From contig JADGRL010000005.1 of NCBI GenBank assembly GCA_017880865.1, forward strand, positions 5,740 through 69,739: a stretch of DNA of 64,000 nucleotides. Reading direction: 5' to 3'. The stretch comes from Gallionella sp. GTDB lineage: Bacteria > Pseudomonadota > Gammaproteobacteria > Burkholderiales > Gallionellaceae. The position numbers and the translations under genes were made by a program. Each line of letters starts with the position of its first letter. The stretch's first letter is position 1. A model generated the notes under the pieces. The model saw only the letters and a program-made list of their open reading frames with translations. It made no database searches and was not told where the DNA came from. Positions 13,060-22,480 of this stretch are shown here, piece by piece.

Positions 13060-13099
13060 AGACGATTGTAGCCTGCTGGCTACGCCTGTCAAGTTCTTC

Positions 13100-13270
13100 A
13101 TATATTTCCTGTTTTGATATGCGGAATACCCGTGCATGCAAGGCTGCTGCGTGAGCGTAAAAGCCGCGTAGGAATTCAGCCCCCAGCCCTGCAGCTTTAG
13201 CTTCGTACCAGTCGTAGGCCGACATTACGTCTTCCTCCACTTCTGGGAGAAAACGCAGCGTATAACTCAC
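13100..13270 (-). pseudogene. RelE/ParE-family toxin, truncated or internally deleted
   Basis: 'MSYTLRFLPEVEEDVMSAYDWYEAKAAGLGAEFL' then similarity is lost; a 'CMHG' C-terminal-like motif appears in another frame. Confidence 0.65.
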
Positions 13271-13488
13271 GTGAGGCTGGCGATTTTTTGTTGGAGTTCT
13301 TGCAGGGATAGCAGCGACCCCGGACTGGATGCGTGCCGTGCAAAACGCTTGTCCAGTTCCCGAATATGGCTTTCTGGAACGGGAACAGCTTGATCATTGG
13401 CGGCAATACTGTCCCAGTGGTCTTCAAGAAAAACGATTTTTTCCGGGATGCTCATCGCGGCAATTTGCGGGATTTCGGTTACGTTCAT
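13267..13488 (-). CDS. Addiction-module component (TIGR02574-like antitoxin)
   Basis: 'MSIPEKIVFLEDHWDSIA...VPVPESHIRELDKR'; overlaps toxin start. Confidence 0.8.
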   Translation of the reverse strand: MNVTEIPQIAAMSIPEKIVFLEDHWDSIAANDQAVPVPESHIRELDKRFARHASSPGSLLSLQELQQKIASLT

Positions 13489-13548
13489 TTTGATGGCGCT
13501 CCATCCAATTGATAAATTTCACTGGGTACAGGCATGTTATACCGTTTT

Positions 13549-14370
13549 TCAATCATCCCGCAAATTCGGCGACTCGCTTAGGGGTACCCTACCGCGCTCG
13601 TCCAAATAATTTGCCACCTTGGCAAACTCCGCCACACCCAAATTCTCCGCGCGCAGTTGCGCATCAATCCCCAGCTTTTCAAAAGCGGCTTCATCAAGAT
13701 AAGCGCGCAGCGTGTTGCGCAAGGTTTTGCGGCGTTGCCCGAAGGCTGTTCTGACAATGGCTGCAAAGAGTTTTTCGTTTTTCACTACAATTTCACTGGC
13801 GGGCAACGGAATCATGCGCACGATGGCGGAATCCACCTTGGGTGCGGGGCGGAAGGATTCGGGCGGCACGTCGAGCAGTTTTTCCATGTGAAAGCGGTAT
13901 TGCAGCATCACCGACAGCCGACCATAGGCGTGCGTGGAAGGCTCGGCGACCATGCGCTCGACCACTTCGTTTTGCAACATGAAATGCATGTCGGTGATGC
14001 GCTCGGCATAGGCGGCGAAGTGGAACAGCAGCGGCGAAGAGATGTTGTAAGGCAAGTTGCCGACGATGCGCAGCGGTGCGGGTAGCGTCGCGATATCAAA
14101 CTCCAGCGCGTCCCCGGCATGGATAGTCAGCTTCGATTTCGGCTTATCCTGAGGATAGTCGCTCTCCAATCGCGCGATGATGTCGCGGTCGATCTCTACC
14201 ACATGCAGATGATTCAATCTTTTCAGTAACGGGCGGGTCAGTGCACCCAAGCCCGGCCCGATCTCGACCATATTGTCTTCAGGCTTGGGACTGATTATGG
14301 AAATGATGTCGCCGATGATTTGCTCATCGACGAGAAAATTCTGGCCAAACTTTTTCTTGGCTTTATGCAC
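13549..14370 (-). CDS. rsmA: 16S rRNA adenine dimethyltransferase
   Basis: 'KKFGQNFL', '[11 protein letters not shown]', '[11 protein letters not shown]', 'QRRKTLRN'. Confidence 0.98.
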   Translation of the reverse strand: MHKAKKKFGQNFLVDEQIIGDIISIISPKPEDNMVEIGPGLGALTRPLLKRLNHLHVVEIDRDIIARLESDYPQDKPKSKLTIHAGDALEFDIATLPAPLRIVGNLPYNISSPLLFHFAAYAERITDMHFMLQNEVVERMVAEPSTHAYGRLSVMLQYRFHMEKLLDVPPESFRPAPKVDSAIVRMIPLPASEIVVKNEKLFAAIVRTAFGQRRKTLRNTLRAYLDEAAFEKLGIDAQLRAENLGVAEFAKVANYLDERGRVPLSESPNLRDD

Positions 14371-14453
14371 GATTTGTTCCCTGGGATTGGCGGTATAGGA
14401 ATAAACAAAAAATTTTCATTAGCCCATTTAATTTTTATATAAACGTTGAAACC

Positions 14454-14510
14454 TGTAGGAGCACAGCTTGCTGCGCGATGAGCAATCGCCCGAGAAGTCG
14501 TGCTCCTACA
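14454..14510. repeat. REP-like dyad, TGTAGGAGC family
   Basis: 11-bp inverted ends TGTAGGAGCAC/GTGCTCCTACA; overlaps pdxA stop. Confidence 0.8.
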
Positions 14511-15510
14511 TTGCATACCGTTCGTATTTCGACATCTGGGCGGCCAGCCTGATCGCCTCCTTCAGACTGCCGCTATCGGCTTTGCCGGTTCCCGCCAGAT
14601 CCAGTGCCGTGCCGTGATCCACCGAAGTACGGATGATCGGCAGGCCGAGCGTGACGTTCACGCCCTGTCCGAAGCTGGCATGTTTCAACACCGGCAGACC
14701 CTGATCGTGATACATGGAAAGCACGCAATCGCACTGCGCCAGTTTGTGCGGCGTAAACAAGGTATCGGCGGGCAGCGGCACACTGACGTTGAAACCCTCG
14801 GCGCGCAACTTGTCGAGCACCGGAATCATCACCTCGATTTCCTCGCGCCCCAGATAACCGCCCTCGCCCGCATGCGGGTTCAAACCCGCCACCAAAATGC
14901 GCGGCGCGGCGATGCCGAAACGACGTTGCAAGTCGCGCTGAATGATTTGCAACACGTCTTCCAGCAGTGTTGCGGTGATCGCGTCCGGCACATCCCTCAA
15001 GGCAAGGTGAGTGGTCGCCAATGCCACGCGCATCCCGCCGCCGACCAGCATCATCACCACAAGTTTGGTGTTGGTTTGTTCGGCCAAGAATTCGGTGTGT
15101 CCTGTGAACGAGATGCCCGAATCGTTGATGATGCCCTTGTGCACCGGTGCGGTGACCATGCCGGAGAATTCTCGCGTTTGGCAGCCTTGCACCGCATGGC
15201 GCAGCGTCGCCAGCACATAGCCGCTGTTGGCCGCATTGAGCACACCGGGCTGACATTGGGCAACCAGCGGCACATGCATCACCGTCAGCGTATTGGGCTG
15301 ATTGATCATGGCTTGCCCGGCCACAAAGTCACGCAGTTGCAGCGCGATGCCCAGTTGCGCGGCGCGCTGTTGCAGCAGATTTTTATCTGCAATGACCACG
15401 AGCGGTATTTTTGGCGGCGCGGCGACCAGCTGCACACACAGATCGGGACCGATGCCCGATGGTTCGCCAGCGGTAATAACTAACGGCGCGATAAGCGCAT
15501 CGGCATTCAC
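14506..15510 (-). CDS. pdxA: 4-hydroxythreonine-4-phosphate dehydrogenase
   Basis: 'TAGEPSGIGPD', 'GHTEFLA', 'NPHAGE', 'MYHDQG', 'RTSVDHGTA'. Confidence 0.98.
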   Translation of the reverse strand: MNADALIAPLVITAGEPSGIGPDLCVQLVAAPPKIPLVVIADKNLLQQRAAQLGIALQLRDFVAGQAMINQPNTLTVMHVPLVAQCQPGVLNAANSGYVLATLRHAVQGCQTREFSGMVTAPVHKGIINDSGISFTGHTEFLAEQTNTKLVVMMLVGGGMRVALATTHLALRDVPDAITATLLEDVLQIIQRDLQRRFGIAAPRILVAGLNPHAGEGGYLGREEIEVMIPVLDKLRAEGFNVSVPLPADTLFTPHKLAQCDCVLSMYHDQGLPVLKHASFGQGVNVTLGLPIIRTSVDHGTALDLAGTGKADSGSLKEAIRLAAQMSKYERYAM

Positions 15511-15513
15511 TGG

Positions 15514-16872
15514 CTACTTGTTCTCATCAATGCGATATTCGATAAACGCCCGGTCGCGCAACTGGCGCAGCCAGTCCTGGAACAACTCGTCCGACTTGAA
15601 CGTGCCGATTGCAACGCGCGCCTGCTGGCGCTTTTGTTGCACACTGACATCGGTATTGCGCCGCTCCAGAACCTGGATCAGATGCCAGCCGAATTGTGAT
15701 TGCACCACTCCTATTTGCTGGGGTTGCAGCTTGTTCATCGCCCCTTCAAATTCCGGCACGGTCTGCCCCGGGGAGAGCCAGTCCAGATCACCGCCCTGTT
15801 GCGCGCTGCCATCCTGTGAATATCGTTTGGCCTGCTCAGTGAAATCCGCACCAGCTTCGATGCGCTGCTTGATTTCCATGATGCGTTTTTTAGCTTCCGC
15901 TTCCGGCACGATCTCGCTGGTCTTGATCAGAATATGGCGCGCATGGGTTTGCGAAATCACCACCGGCGCATTAGCGCTGCGCTTTTCCAGCAGCCTGATA
16001 ATGTGGAATCCGCTCGGGCTGCGCAACACCGCAGACGTCTGACCGGGTTGCATATTTTGCAACTCGTTCATAAACAGCGGAGGAATACTGTCGCCGGAAC
16101 GCCAACCCAAATCGCCACCCTTCAGTGCGTCCTTGGCATCTGAAGTGCCGGCCGCCACTTGCGCAAAATCTGCACCGCCTTTCAACTTGCTCAATGCCTG
16201 TTCGACTCGTTCGCGCGCAGCCTGAATTTTATCGGCGCTGGCCTGTTCCGGCACCACCACCAGAATATGCGCGAGACGGAATTCAGCTCCCGCACTACCG
16301 ATCCGGGCCTTATTGGCGAGATAGTTGTCCACCTCGCCTTCGCTGATCAGCAGCTTGCTTTCAACTTCACGCTCGCGCAGCCGCGTAGAAATGATTTCGC
16401 CGCGAATTTCTTCTCTAAATTTCTTGTAATCCACACCATCCGCTTCCAGCTTGGCGCTGAATTTATCCAATGACGGGAAGCCGTTCTGCTGCGCGATGCG
16501 CGTAATCGCCAAATTCAACTGGGTATCGTCCACGCGCACGCCATTCTCCCTGGCGTACTGCTGTTGCAGCAAATCGGTGATCATGCGTTCAAGGATTTGC
16601 CTTTCCAGCACATCCGCTGCGGGCAATGGCGTGTCCTGTTTCTTCAATTGGCGCACCACCTCTCGCACACGAGCATCCAGCTCATAACGGGTAATCACAT
16701 CGTCGTTGACCACCGCAACCACCGCATCAATCTTTCCGACTTGCGGATCAGAGTTTCCGGATTGTGCGGGGACTGACTTTGTTGCGGCCTTCGCAGGCAG
16801 CGTATTGGCAGCATAGGCAGCTTGCACTGTCAGCAACGCACACCACATCATCAGGATAGTTATTCGCATCAT
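15514..16872 (-). CDS. surA: Periplasmic chaperone/PPIase SurA
   Basis: Signal peptide, 'VAVVNDDVIT', two parvulin domains (GGDLGW, GGDLDW); lptD-surA-pdxA order. Confidence 0.95.
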   Translation of the reverse strand: MMRITILMMWCALLTVQAAYAANTLPAKAATKSVPAQSGNSDPQVGKIDAVVAVVNDDVITRYELDARVREVVRQLKKQDTPLPAADVLERQILERMITDLLQQQYARENGVRVDDTQLNLAITRIAQQNGFPSLDKFSAKLEADGVDYKKFREEIRGEIISTRLREREVESKLLISEGEVDNYLANKARIGSAGAEFRLAHILVVVPEQASADKIQAARERVEQALSKLKGGADFAQVAAGTSDAKDALKGGDLGWRSGDSIPPLFMNELQNMQPGQTSAVLRSPSGFHIIRLLEKRSANAPVVISQTHARHILIKTSEIVPEAEAKKRIMEIKQRIEAGADFTEQAKRYSQDGSAQQGGDLDWLSPGQTVPEFEGAMNKLQPQQIGVVQSQFGWHLIQVLERRNTDVSVQQKRQQARVAIGTFKSDELFQDWLRQLRDRAFIEYRIDENK

Positions 16873-16885
16873 TTTCTTTCGGTTA

Positions 16886-19105
16886 TCACTGCAGTACTTG
16901 CGGGGGTTGATTAGCGGTCTTGTCGGTCAATTTGGTATATCCGGGCACGCTTTGCTTGAGCAGGATCAAAGGATCAGAGCCGCTCACGTTAATGAAGTCA
17001 TTGAGCTCGAGCTGCACGAAGAAAATATTATTAGATTCGTTTAGAGCGGTCGTAAAGTGTTGCGCCACCAAACGAAGTGTCCAGCAGCTTTGATTATACT
17101 CAAGCCCGGCGATCGAATCCAAAATCCGTCGGTCCGGGAAAGAATAATTCCAGCGTCCCACCGCATGCCAACGATTCAACAACGGCCATTGCGTGGAGAA
17201 ATCAACTGAACGCAGTGTGTTGCGCTGAAAACGATAATTCAAATTGAGTACCTTGCCAGGCTCCGGCCGATAATGCGCCGCCATGTTATAAAGCTGCGTG
17301 TGAGACTGATTGGGATCGAACTGAACCAGGCTATCCAATGACAATGGATTTGTCACTCTCCCTGAAGCTCCCAATAAAATATCCGACTTGCCGGTGCTGT
17401 TAGTGGGTGCAACCAGATTGACCTGTGGCGTTATGGAGCTGAAACGCTCAGCCAATATTACTTTTAACCGTTCTGCTCCCGTATTCTGCTCCTGCAAACG
17501 CGAAGTGGCCGCCAAGGTGACCTGGTTCGCATCGCCGATTCGATCGCTGCCAAAAAAACGATTTTCGATGAAAATATTGGTGAAGTTAAAATCGGCTTGT
17601 GCAGTATCAAAAACCGGCAGCAAGCTTTGATCTTTATAGGGCACATAAACATAAAACGCGCGCGGCTCAAATGTCTGCACATAATCGCCGCCGCTCAAAT
17701 TCAATTCACGGTCGAAAGCAACCCCGCTATCCACGCTGATGATAGGCAAGGTGCGCGAGGTATTCTGCAATGATCCAACGTTATTCGCACCCATCGCATA
17801 ATAAGTGCTGTGCAACGCCACCTTGGGAGTCACATAATATGCAGGTTTGCTCACCAGCGGATAACTGACACTGGGATTGATTACCAATCTTGAACCGTTC
17901 ACCAAGGTGGGATGACTGAAATCCACATACTCGCTGGCAAAACCGACGTTTGCACCGGCATAATCTTGGCGTGCATTGAGCGTCAATTGCGGCAGTCGCG
18001 CATAAGGGGCGACAATCGGCGCGGCCGGGTCTTGCAGGGTTTGGTAACGTTGCACGCGCGCCATCGCTGTCCATGCGCCCGTGTTGTAATTCAGCCCGCT
18101 CTCTTGCAATAAGTTGGCCTGAGAGGTGACATTCACCGCATTGCCCAGGTCGCGAAAATAAGCGTCGTCCAGAACTCGATTGTAATTGACATAGCCATTC
18201 AAGCTGTTCGCCAGAGATTGACTATGGAGTAACGAGTAATGTTCACGATTACTTTTTGCTAGGGAGTCATTAGGCAGCACATCCACGTGCAGTTCACCAC
18301 GATAACTGGGCTCCAGATAACGAAACTCGTTGTTGAGCATCAAGCCTCGCTTGGTTATCTCGCGCGGAGCAAGCGTCGCATCAAAATTGGGGGCGATGTT
18401 CCAGTAATAGGGCAGCGTCAGTTCGATACCGCCCTTGGTTGTGCTGCCAAAAGTCGGCGCCATAAACCCCGACATTCTCTGCTGATTTAGCGGGAAGTCC
18501 ATCCAGGGCGTATACAGAATTGGAACTCCCTTAAAATCTACCGATGCGCTGTGGGCTACACCGATTTGCCGATCGCGATCGATTTCCAGCTCGCTCATAT
18601 TCATCTGCCAATCCTGATTCCCTGCCGGACAAGTGGTGTAGGTCGCGTTATCCAGGCTGAAATGCTGGCTATCTTGAATATGAAGCACGTCCGCCGTGCC
18701 GCGTGCAGCATTTTCCTTTAAAAAATATTGCGGTTGCTCCATCGTACCCGCGTGGCTATCCAGATTGAACAACAAGTGTGGCCCACTCATCGTATTACCG
18801 TCTTGCTCCAACACCACCGCGCCTTGCGCATCGACTTCGTGCGAGTTCTGCTGATACAGCAGGTGGTCTGCGCGAATCGACTGGGCGCCTTGGCGCAGCG
18901 TCGCCTTTCCGGTCGCCTCGATTTGATCACGCCCTTTTCCAACCAGGCTATCTGCTTCAATAATGGCGGGGCTTTCCTGGCTGGACTTCGTCAATACGGA
19001 AGGAGTTTTGTCCGCGTTCAAAACGGGCAGGTCTTCACCTGCGTATGCATGATGCGCAAGACAAAATAGCAAGATAATGAAAAGGTGTTTGAATCGAAAC
19101 CGCAT
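16886..19105 (-). CDS. lptD: LPS-assembly protein LptD
   Basis: 'ATYTTCP', 'PYYWNIAPNFDAT', 'ENRFFGSDRIGDANQ', 'YNQSCW'. Confidence 0.96.
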   Translation of the reverse strand: MRFRFKHLFIILLFCLAHHAYAGEDLPVLNADKTPSVLTKSSQESPAIIEADSLVGKGRDQIEATGKATLRQGAQSIRADHLLYQQNSHEVDAQGAVVLEQDGNTMSGPHLLFNLDSHAGTMEQPQYFLKENAARGTADVLHIQDSQHFSLDNATYTTCPAGNQDWQMNMSELEIDRDRQIGVAHSASVDFKGVPILYTPWMDFPLNQQRMSGFMAPTFGSTTKGGIELTLPYYWNIAPNFDATLAPREITKRGLMLNNEFRYLEPSYRGELHVDVLPNDSLAKSNREHYSLLHSQSLANSLNGYVNYNRVLDDAYFRDLGNAVNVTSQANLLQESGLNYNTGAWTAMARVQRYQTLQDPAAPIVAPYARLPQLTLNARQDYAGANVGFASEYVDFSHPTLVNGSRLVINPSVSYPLVSKPAYYVTPKVALHSTYYAMGANNVGSLQNTSRTLPIISVDSGVAFDRELNLSGGDYVQTFEPRAFYVYVPYKDQSLLPVFDTAQADFNFTNIFIENRFFGSDRIGDANQVTLAATSRLQEQNTGAERLKVILAERFSSITPQVNLVAPTNSTGKSDILLGASGRVTNPLSLDSLVQFDPNQSHTQLYNMAAHYRPEPGKVLNLNYRFQRNTLRSVDFSTQWPLLNRWHAVGRWNYSFPDRRILDSIAGLEYNQSCWTLRLVAQHFTTALNESNNIFFVQLELNDFINVSGSDPLILLKQSVPGYTKLTDKTANQPPQVLQ

Positions 19106-19173
19106 AACGCGCAGAAAATAATAAAATGATAAACTCCTAGCAGTTTAACATTAAGTACATTCGAGAACCCAAT

Positions 19174-20175
19174 ATGCAACGCCTGCAGCAGCTTACCCAG
19201 TGGTTACACAGCCAAGTCCCCAACGAGTCGTTCACTCTCGCACCGGCATCAAGCGATGCCAGTTTTCGCCGTTACTTCCGCGCCACTTTCGAGAATCGCA
19301 CCTTGATCGTGATGGATGCCCCGCCGCAACACGAGGACTGCCACCCGTTCCTGCACATCGCAAAATTGTTCGAGGATGCTGGTACTTATGTGCCGCATGT
19401 GTACGCACAGGATTTGACGCAAGGTTTTCTGCTGCTGTCCGATCTGGGCAACACCACCTATCTTCAGGCGTTAAATGAAGGCAATACCGGAACCGCGCGC
19501 GAACTCTATGGCGCGGCCACCGATGCGCTGATCAAAATCCAGTTAAGCTCGCGCGACGACGAATTGCCGCCTTACGACGAAGCCCTGCTGCTGCGCGAAA
19601 TGCGCCTGTTCCCGGAGTGGTACATCGCAAAACATCTCAATGTCACGCTCAGCCCGGCGCAAAACGCCAAACTTGAAACCGTGTTCGCGCGCATACTCGC
19701 CAACAACCTCGCCCAACCCAAAGTTTACGTGCATCGCGACTACCACTCGCGCAACCTGATGGTGACCGATCCGAATCCCGGCATCATCGATTTTCAGGAT
19801 GCCGTCTACGGCCCGATCACTTACGATCTCGCCTCGTTGTTCAAGGATGCCTACATACGCTGGGAAGAAGCGGAAGTGATCGACTGGCTGATACGCTACT
19901 GGGAAAACGCACGCCGGGCCGGGCTGCCGGTACATGAAGACTTCTCCGAGTTCTACCGCGATTACGAGTGGATGGGCGTGCAGCGCCATCTCAAGGTGCT
20001 GGGTATTTTTGCGCGCCTGTGTCACCGCGACGGCAAGGACGGCTACCTGAAAGACCTGCCGCTGGTGATGACGTATTTGCGCGCCGCTTGCGCACGCTAT
20101 ATCGACCTCAAGCCGTTGTTGAATCTGCTCGACGTATTGGAGCCCCGCGTCACTCAAGAAGGTTTTAGCTTTTGA
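19174..20175 (+). CDS. amgK: Anomeric MurNAc/GlcNAc kinase (APH family)
   Basis: 'ASSDASFRRYFR', 'VHRDYHSRNLM', 'DFQDA', 'QRHLKVLGIFARL'; precedes murU. Confidence 0.88.
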   Translation: MQRLQQLTQWLHSQVPNESFTLAPASSDASFRRYFRATFENRTLIVMDAPPQHEDCHPFLHIAKLFEDAGTYVPHVYAQDLTQGFLLLSDLGNTTYLQALNEGNTGTARELYGAATDALIKIQLSSRDDELPPYDEALLLREMRLFPEWYIAKHLNVTLSPAQNAKLETVFARILANNLAQPKVYVHRDYHSRNLMVTDPNPGIIDFQDAVYGPITYDLASLFKDAYIRWEEAEVIDWLIRYWENARRAGLPVHEDFSEFYRDYEWMGVQRHLKVLGIFARLCHRDGKDGYLKDLPLVMTYLRAACARYIDLKPLLNLLDVLEPRVTQEGFSF

Positions 20176-20199
20176 TGATGCTGCGCATCTTCCCGATGG

Positions 20200-20292
20200 A
20201 ACAACTAGCCGTTCCACTAGGTTGTCAAAGAACGACAACCAAGTTGCTGGTTATCTCCCCAGCCCTCTCCCGCATGTGCATGCGGGAGAGGG
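20200..20292. repeat. Two adjacent palindromic repeats between amgK and murU
   Basis: AACAACTAGCC...GCTGGTTATC (20200-20255) then a 14-bp stem CCCTCTCCCGCATG/CATGCGGGAGAGGG (20263-20292). Confidence 0.8.
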
Positions 20293-20317
20293 GGAAAACG
20301 TTGAAAGGCATAAACCC

Positions 20318-21007
20318 ATGATGGCGATGCTGCTGGCGGCCGGTCGCGGCGAACGCATGCGCCCGCTCACCGACCACACACCCAAGCCGTTACTCGAAGT
20401 CGCCGGCAAACCGCTGATCGTGTGGCACATCGAAAATCTGGTGCGCGCGGGTATACGTGAGATCGTCATCAATCATGCGCATCTGGGCATGCTGATTGAA
20501 AAAGCGTTAAGCGATGGCAGCCAGTTCGGTGCGCATATTCAATATTCACCCGAGGCCAGCGCGCTGGAAACCGCAGGCGGCATTGCCTGCGCCCTTCCGC
20601 TGCTGGGCGATGAATTATTCGCCGTGATCAACAGCGACATTTTTTGCGATTACGATTTTGCGCATCTGCCCGAACGTGCGGCGGAGATGCAAACCAGCGG
20701 CGATACCACGCATCTGGTGCTGGTGAGCAATCCCGCACAGCATCCCGATGGTGACTTCGGCTTGCAGCAACAACGCGTCACTGACAGCACACCCAAGCTG
20801 ACTTTCAGCGGCATCGGCATCTACCAGCCCTCGTTGTTCCAACCTATTTCACGAGGCAGTGTGGCGCCGCTCGCTCCTCTGCTGCGCGCGCAAATCGCCT
20901 TGGGCCGGGTCGGCGGCGAACACCATTCAGGCCTATGGGTGGATGTCGGCACACCTCAACGCCTGTACGACCTCGATCAACTTATCAGCGCATCTGGCAA
21001 AGGGTAA
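20318..21007 (+). CDS. murU: N-acetylmuramate alpha-1-phosphate uridylyltransferase
   Basis: 'LAAGRGERMRPLTDHTPKPLL', 'ALETAGGI', 'WVDVGTPQRL'. Confidence 0.9.
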   Translation: MMAMLLAAGRGERMRPLTDHTPKPLLEVAGKPLIVWHIENLVRAGIREIVINHAHLGMLIEKALSDGSQFGAHIQYSPEASALETAGGIACALPLLGDELFAVINSDIFCDYDFAHLPERAAEMQTSGDTTHLVLVSNPAQHPDGDFGLQQQRVTDSTPKLTFSGIGIYQPSLFQPISRGSVAPLAPLLRAQIALGRVGGEHHSGLWVDVGTPQRLYDLDQLISASGKG

Positions 21008-21097
21008 TTGCCGCGACTAGTGGTAGGATGTGTCAGGTGAAACTTTTGTAGCTGATCAAGCCTGGACAACCTGGTTGACTTGTATGCGGAGGGATAA

Positions 21098-22399
21098 ATG
21101 TTAAACGACGATATTTCCTGGCTCTCCGAAGCACAGACTCAGGACATGTTCATGCATTTCCCGCTGCCGCTTGCCATTGTGGGGAGCAACGGCGACGCCA
21201 AGCTCATCAATAAACGCTTTACCGCCGCTTACGATACGTCCTGCCTCAAGTCAGACCAGTTGCGGCAGGTTTTGTCAGACCCGGACAATGTGCCGAGAAC
21301 CCTGACCCTGCTGCAATGCAACGACTGCCAGACTGAAGTTCGCGCCCACACCGTCAAACTTGGCGAAGACGTGATCCTGATACTCGATGAATCCGCCGAA
21401 ACCGCCTACAGCGAAGAGCTGACCGAGTTGCGCCAACGCCTCACCGAACTGGAAAAACTCAGCTCAACCGACCGTTTGACGGGTGCCTGGAACCGGGTAC
21501 ACTTCGACAAGACCATCGCTATCGAATTAAGCCGCAGTATCCGCTATCGTCAGCCCGTCGCGCTGATTTATTTGGACATCGATCATTTCAAACGGGTCAA
21601 CGATACTTACGGTCATGCGGTCGGGGATGAAGTGCTGCGCGAGTTGGTAAAAATTATCCAGAAAAACATTCGCACCTCGGATTTGTTGTTCCGCTGGGGT
21701 GGAGAAGAATTCGCTATCCTGGTTCCATCTACCAGTTACCGTTCTGCAGCAACTCTTTCCGAAACGCTGCGCACCAAAATCGAACAACATAAAATCGATA
21801 CTGTCGGCCGCATCTCCATCAGCCTGGGTGTCGCGGAACACATTCCCGGCGAAAACGAAGGTGCATGGTTTCAGCGTGCGGATATGGCACTGTATGCCGC
21901 CAAGAACGGCGGGCGCAATCGCGTCGTGGTCGATCCAAATGGCAGCAGTGATGTATGGGCGGCGGATCAAAGCGCCACAATTTTGCGCATGAGCTGGCAT
22001 GAATCCTATGATTGCGGCGAACCCACCATCGATCAGGAGCATCGCAAATTATTCGATCTGGCCAATGTGCTGATCAATGCTGCGTTTAAGAGGGAATCCA
22101 ATCCGCCCGGATTCGATGAAGCCTTAAAAAAACTGCTCGCGCATGTAATACAGCATTTCGCCGACGAAGAAGCCATACTTGCCCATCACCACTACGCCGG
22201 ACTTGAAGTCCATGCGCAAGCCCACAAAGTGTTAATAGAACACGCGCTACAACTTCGCGACTCGGCAGCAGCGGGCGGTGTCACGATAGGCGAATTGGTC
22301 GATTTTATCGCGAACGAGGTGGTCGCACGGCACATGCTCAAAGTGGATCGCGAATTTTACCCGCTGTTCAATCAATCCCTTTCTTCCCATAGCCGATGA
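21098..22399 (+). CDS. Diguanylate cyclase with N-terminal PAS-like and C-terminal bacteriohemerythrin domain
   Basis: 'DIDHFKRVNDTYGHAVGD', RTSD I-site, GGEEF; hemerythrin ligands H, HFADE, HAQAH, HMLKVD. Confidence 0.9.
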   Translation: MLNDDISWLSEAQTQDMFMHFPLPLAIVGSNGDAKLINKRFTAAYDTSCLKSDQLRQVLSDPDNVPRTLTLLQCNDCQTEVRAHTVKLGEDVILILDESAETAYSEELTELRQRLTELEKLSSTDRLTGAWNRVHFDKTIAIELSRSIRYRQPVALIYLDIDHFKRVNDTYGHAVGDEVLRELVKIIQKNIRTSDLLFRWGGEEFAILVPSTSYRSAATLSETLRTKIEQHKIDTVGRISISLGVAEHIPGENEGAWFQRADMALYAAKNGGRNRVVVDPNGSSDVWAADQSATILRMSWHESYDCGEPTIDQEHRKLFDLANVLINAAFKRESNPPGFDEALKKLLAHVIQHFADEEAILAHHHYAGLEVHAQAHKVLIEHALQLRDSAAAGGVTIGELVDFIANEVVARHMLKVDREFYPLFNQSLSSHSR

Positions 22400-22480
22400 T
22401 TTAACCGGGCCCGTTAATCCAGACTGAAAATCGCTGTTGCCCCAGATACCATCTCGACAAGAAACCGCGCGCAGCTCACA

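Noticed and set aside
20222-20317. N-terminal extension of MurU from the ORF track
   Set aside because: Encoded by two intergenic repeats; homology starts at the ATG at 20318.
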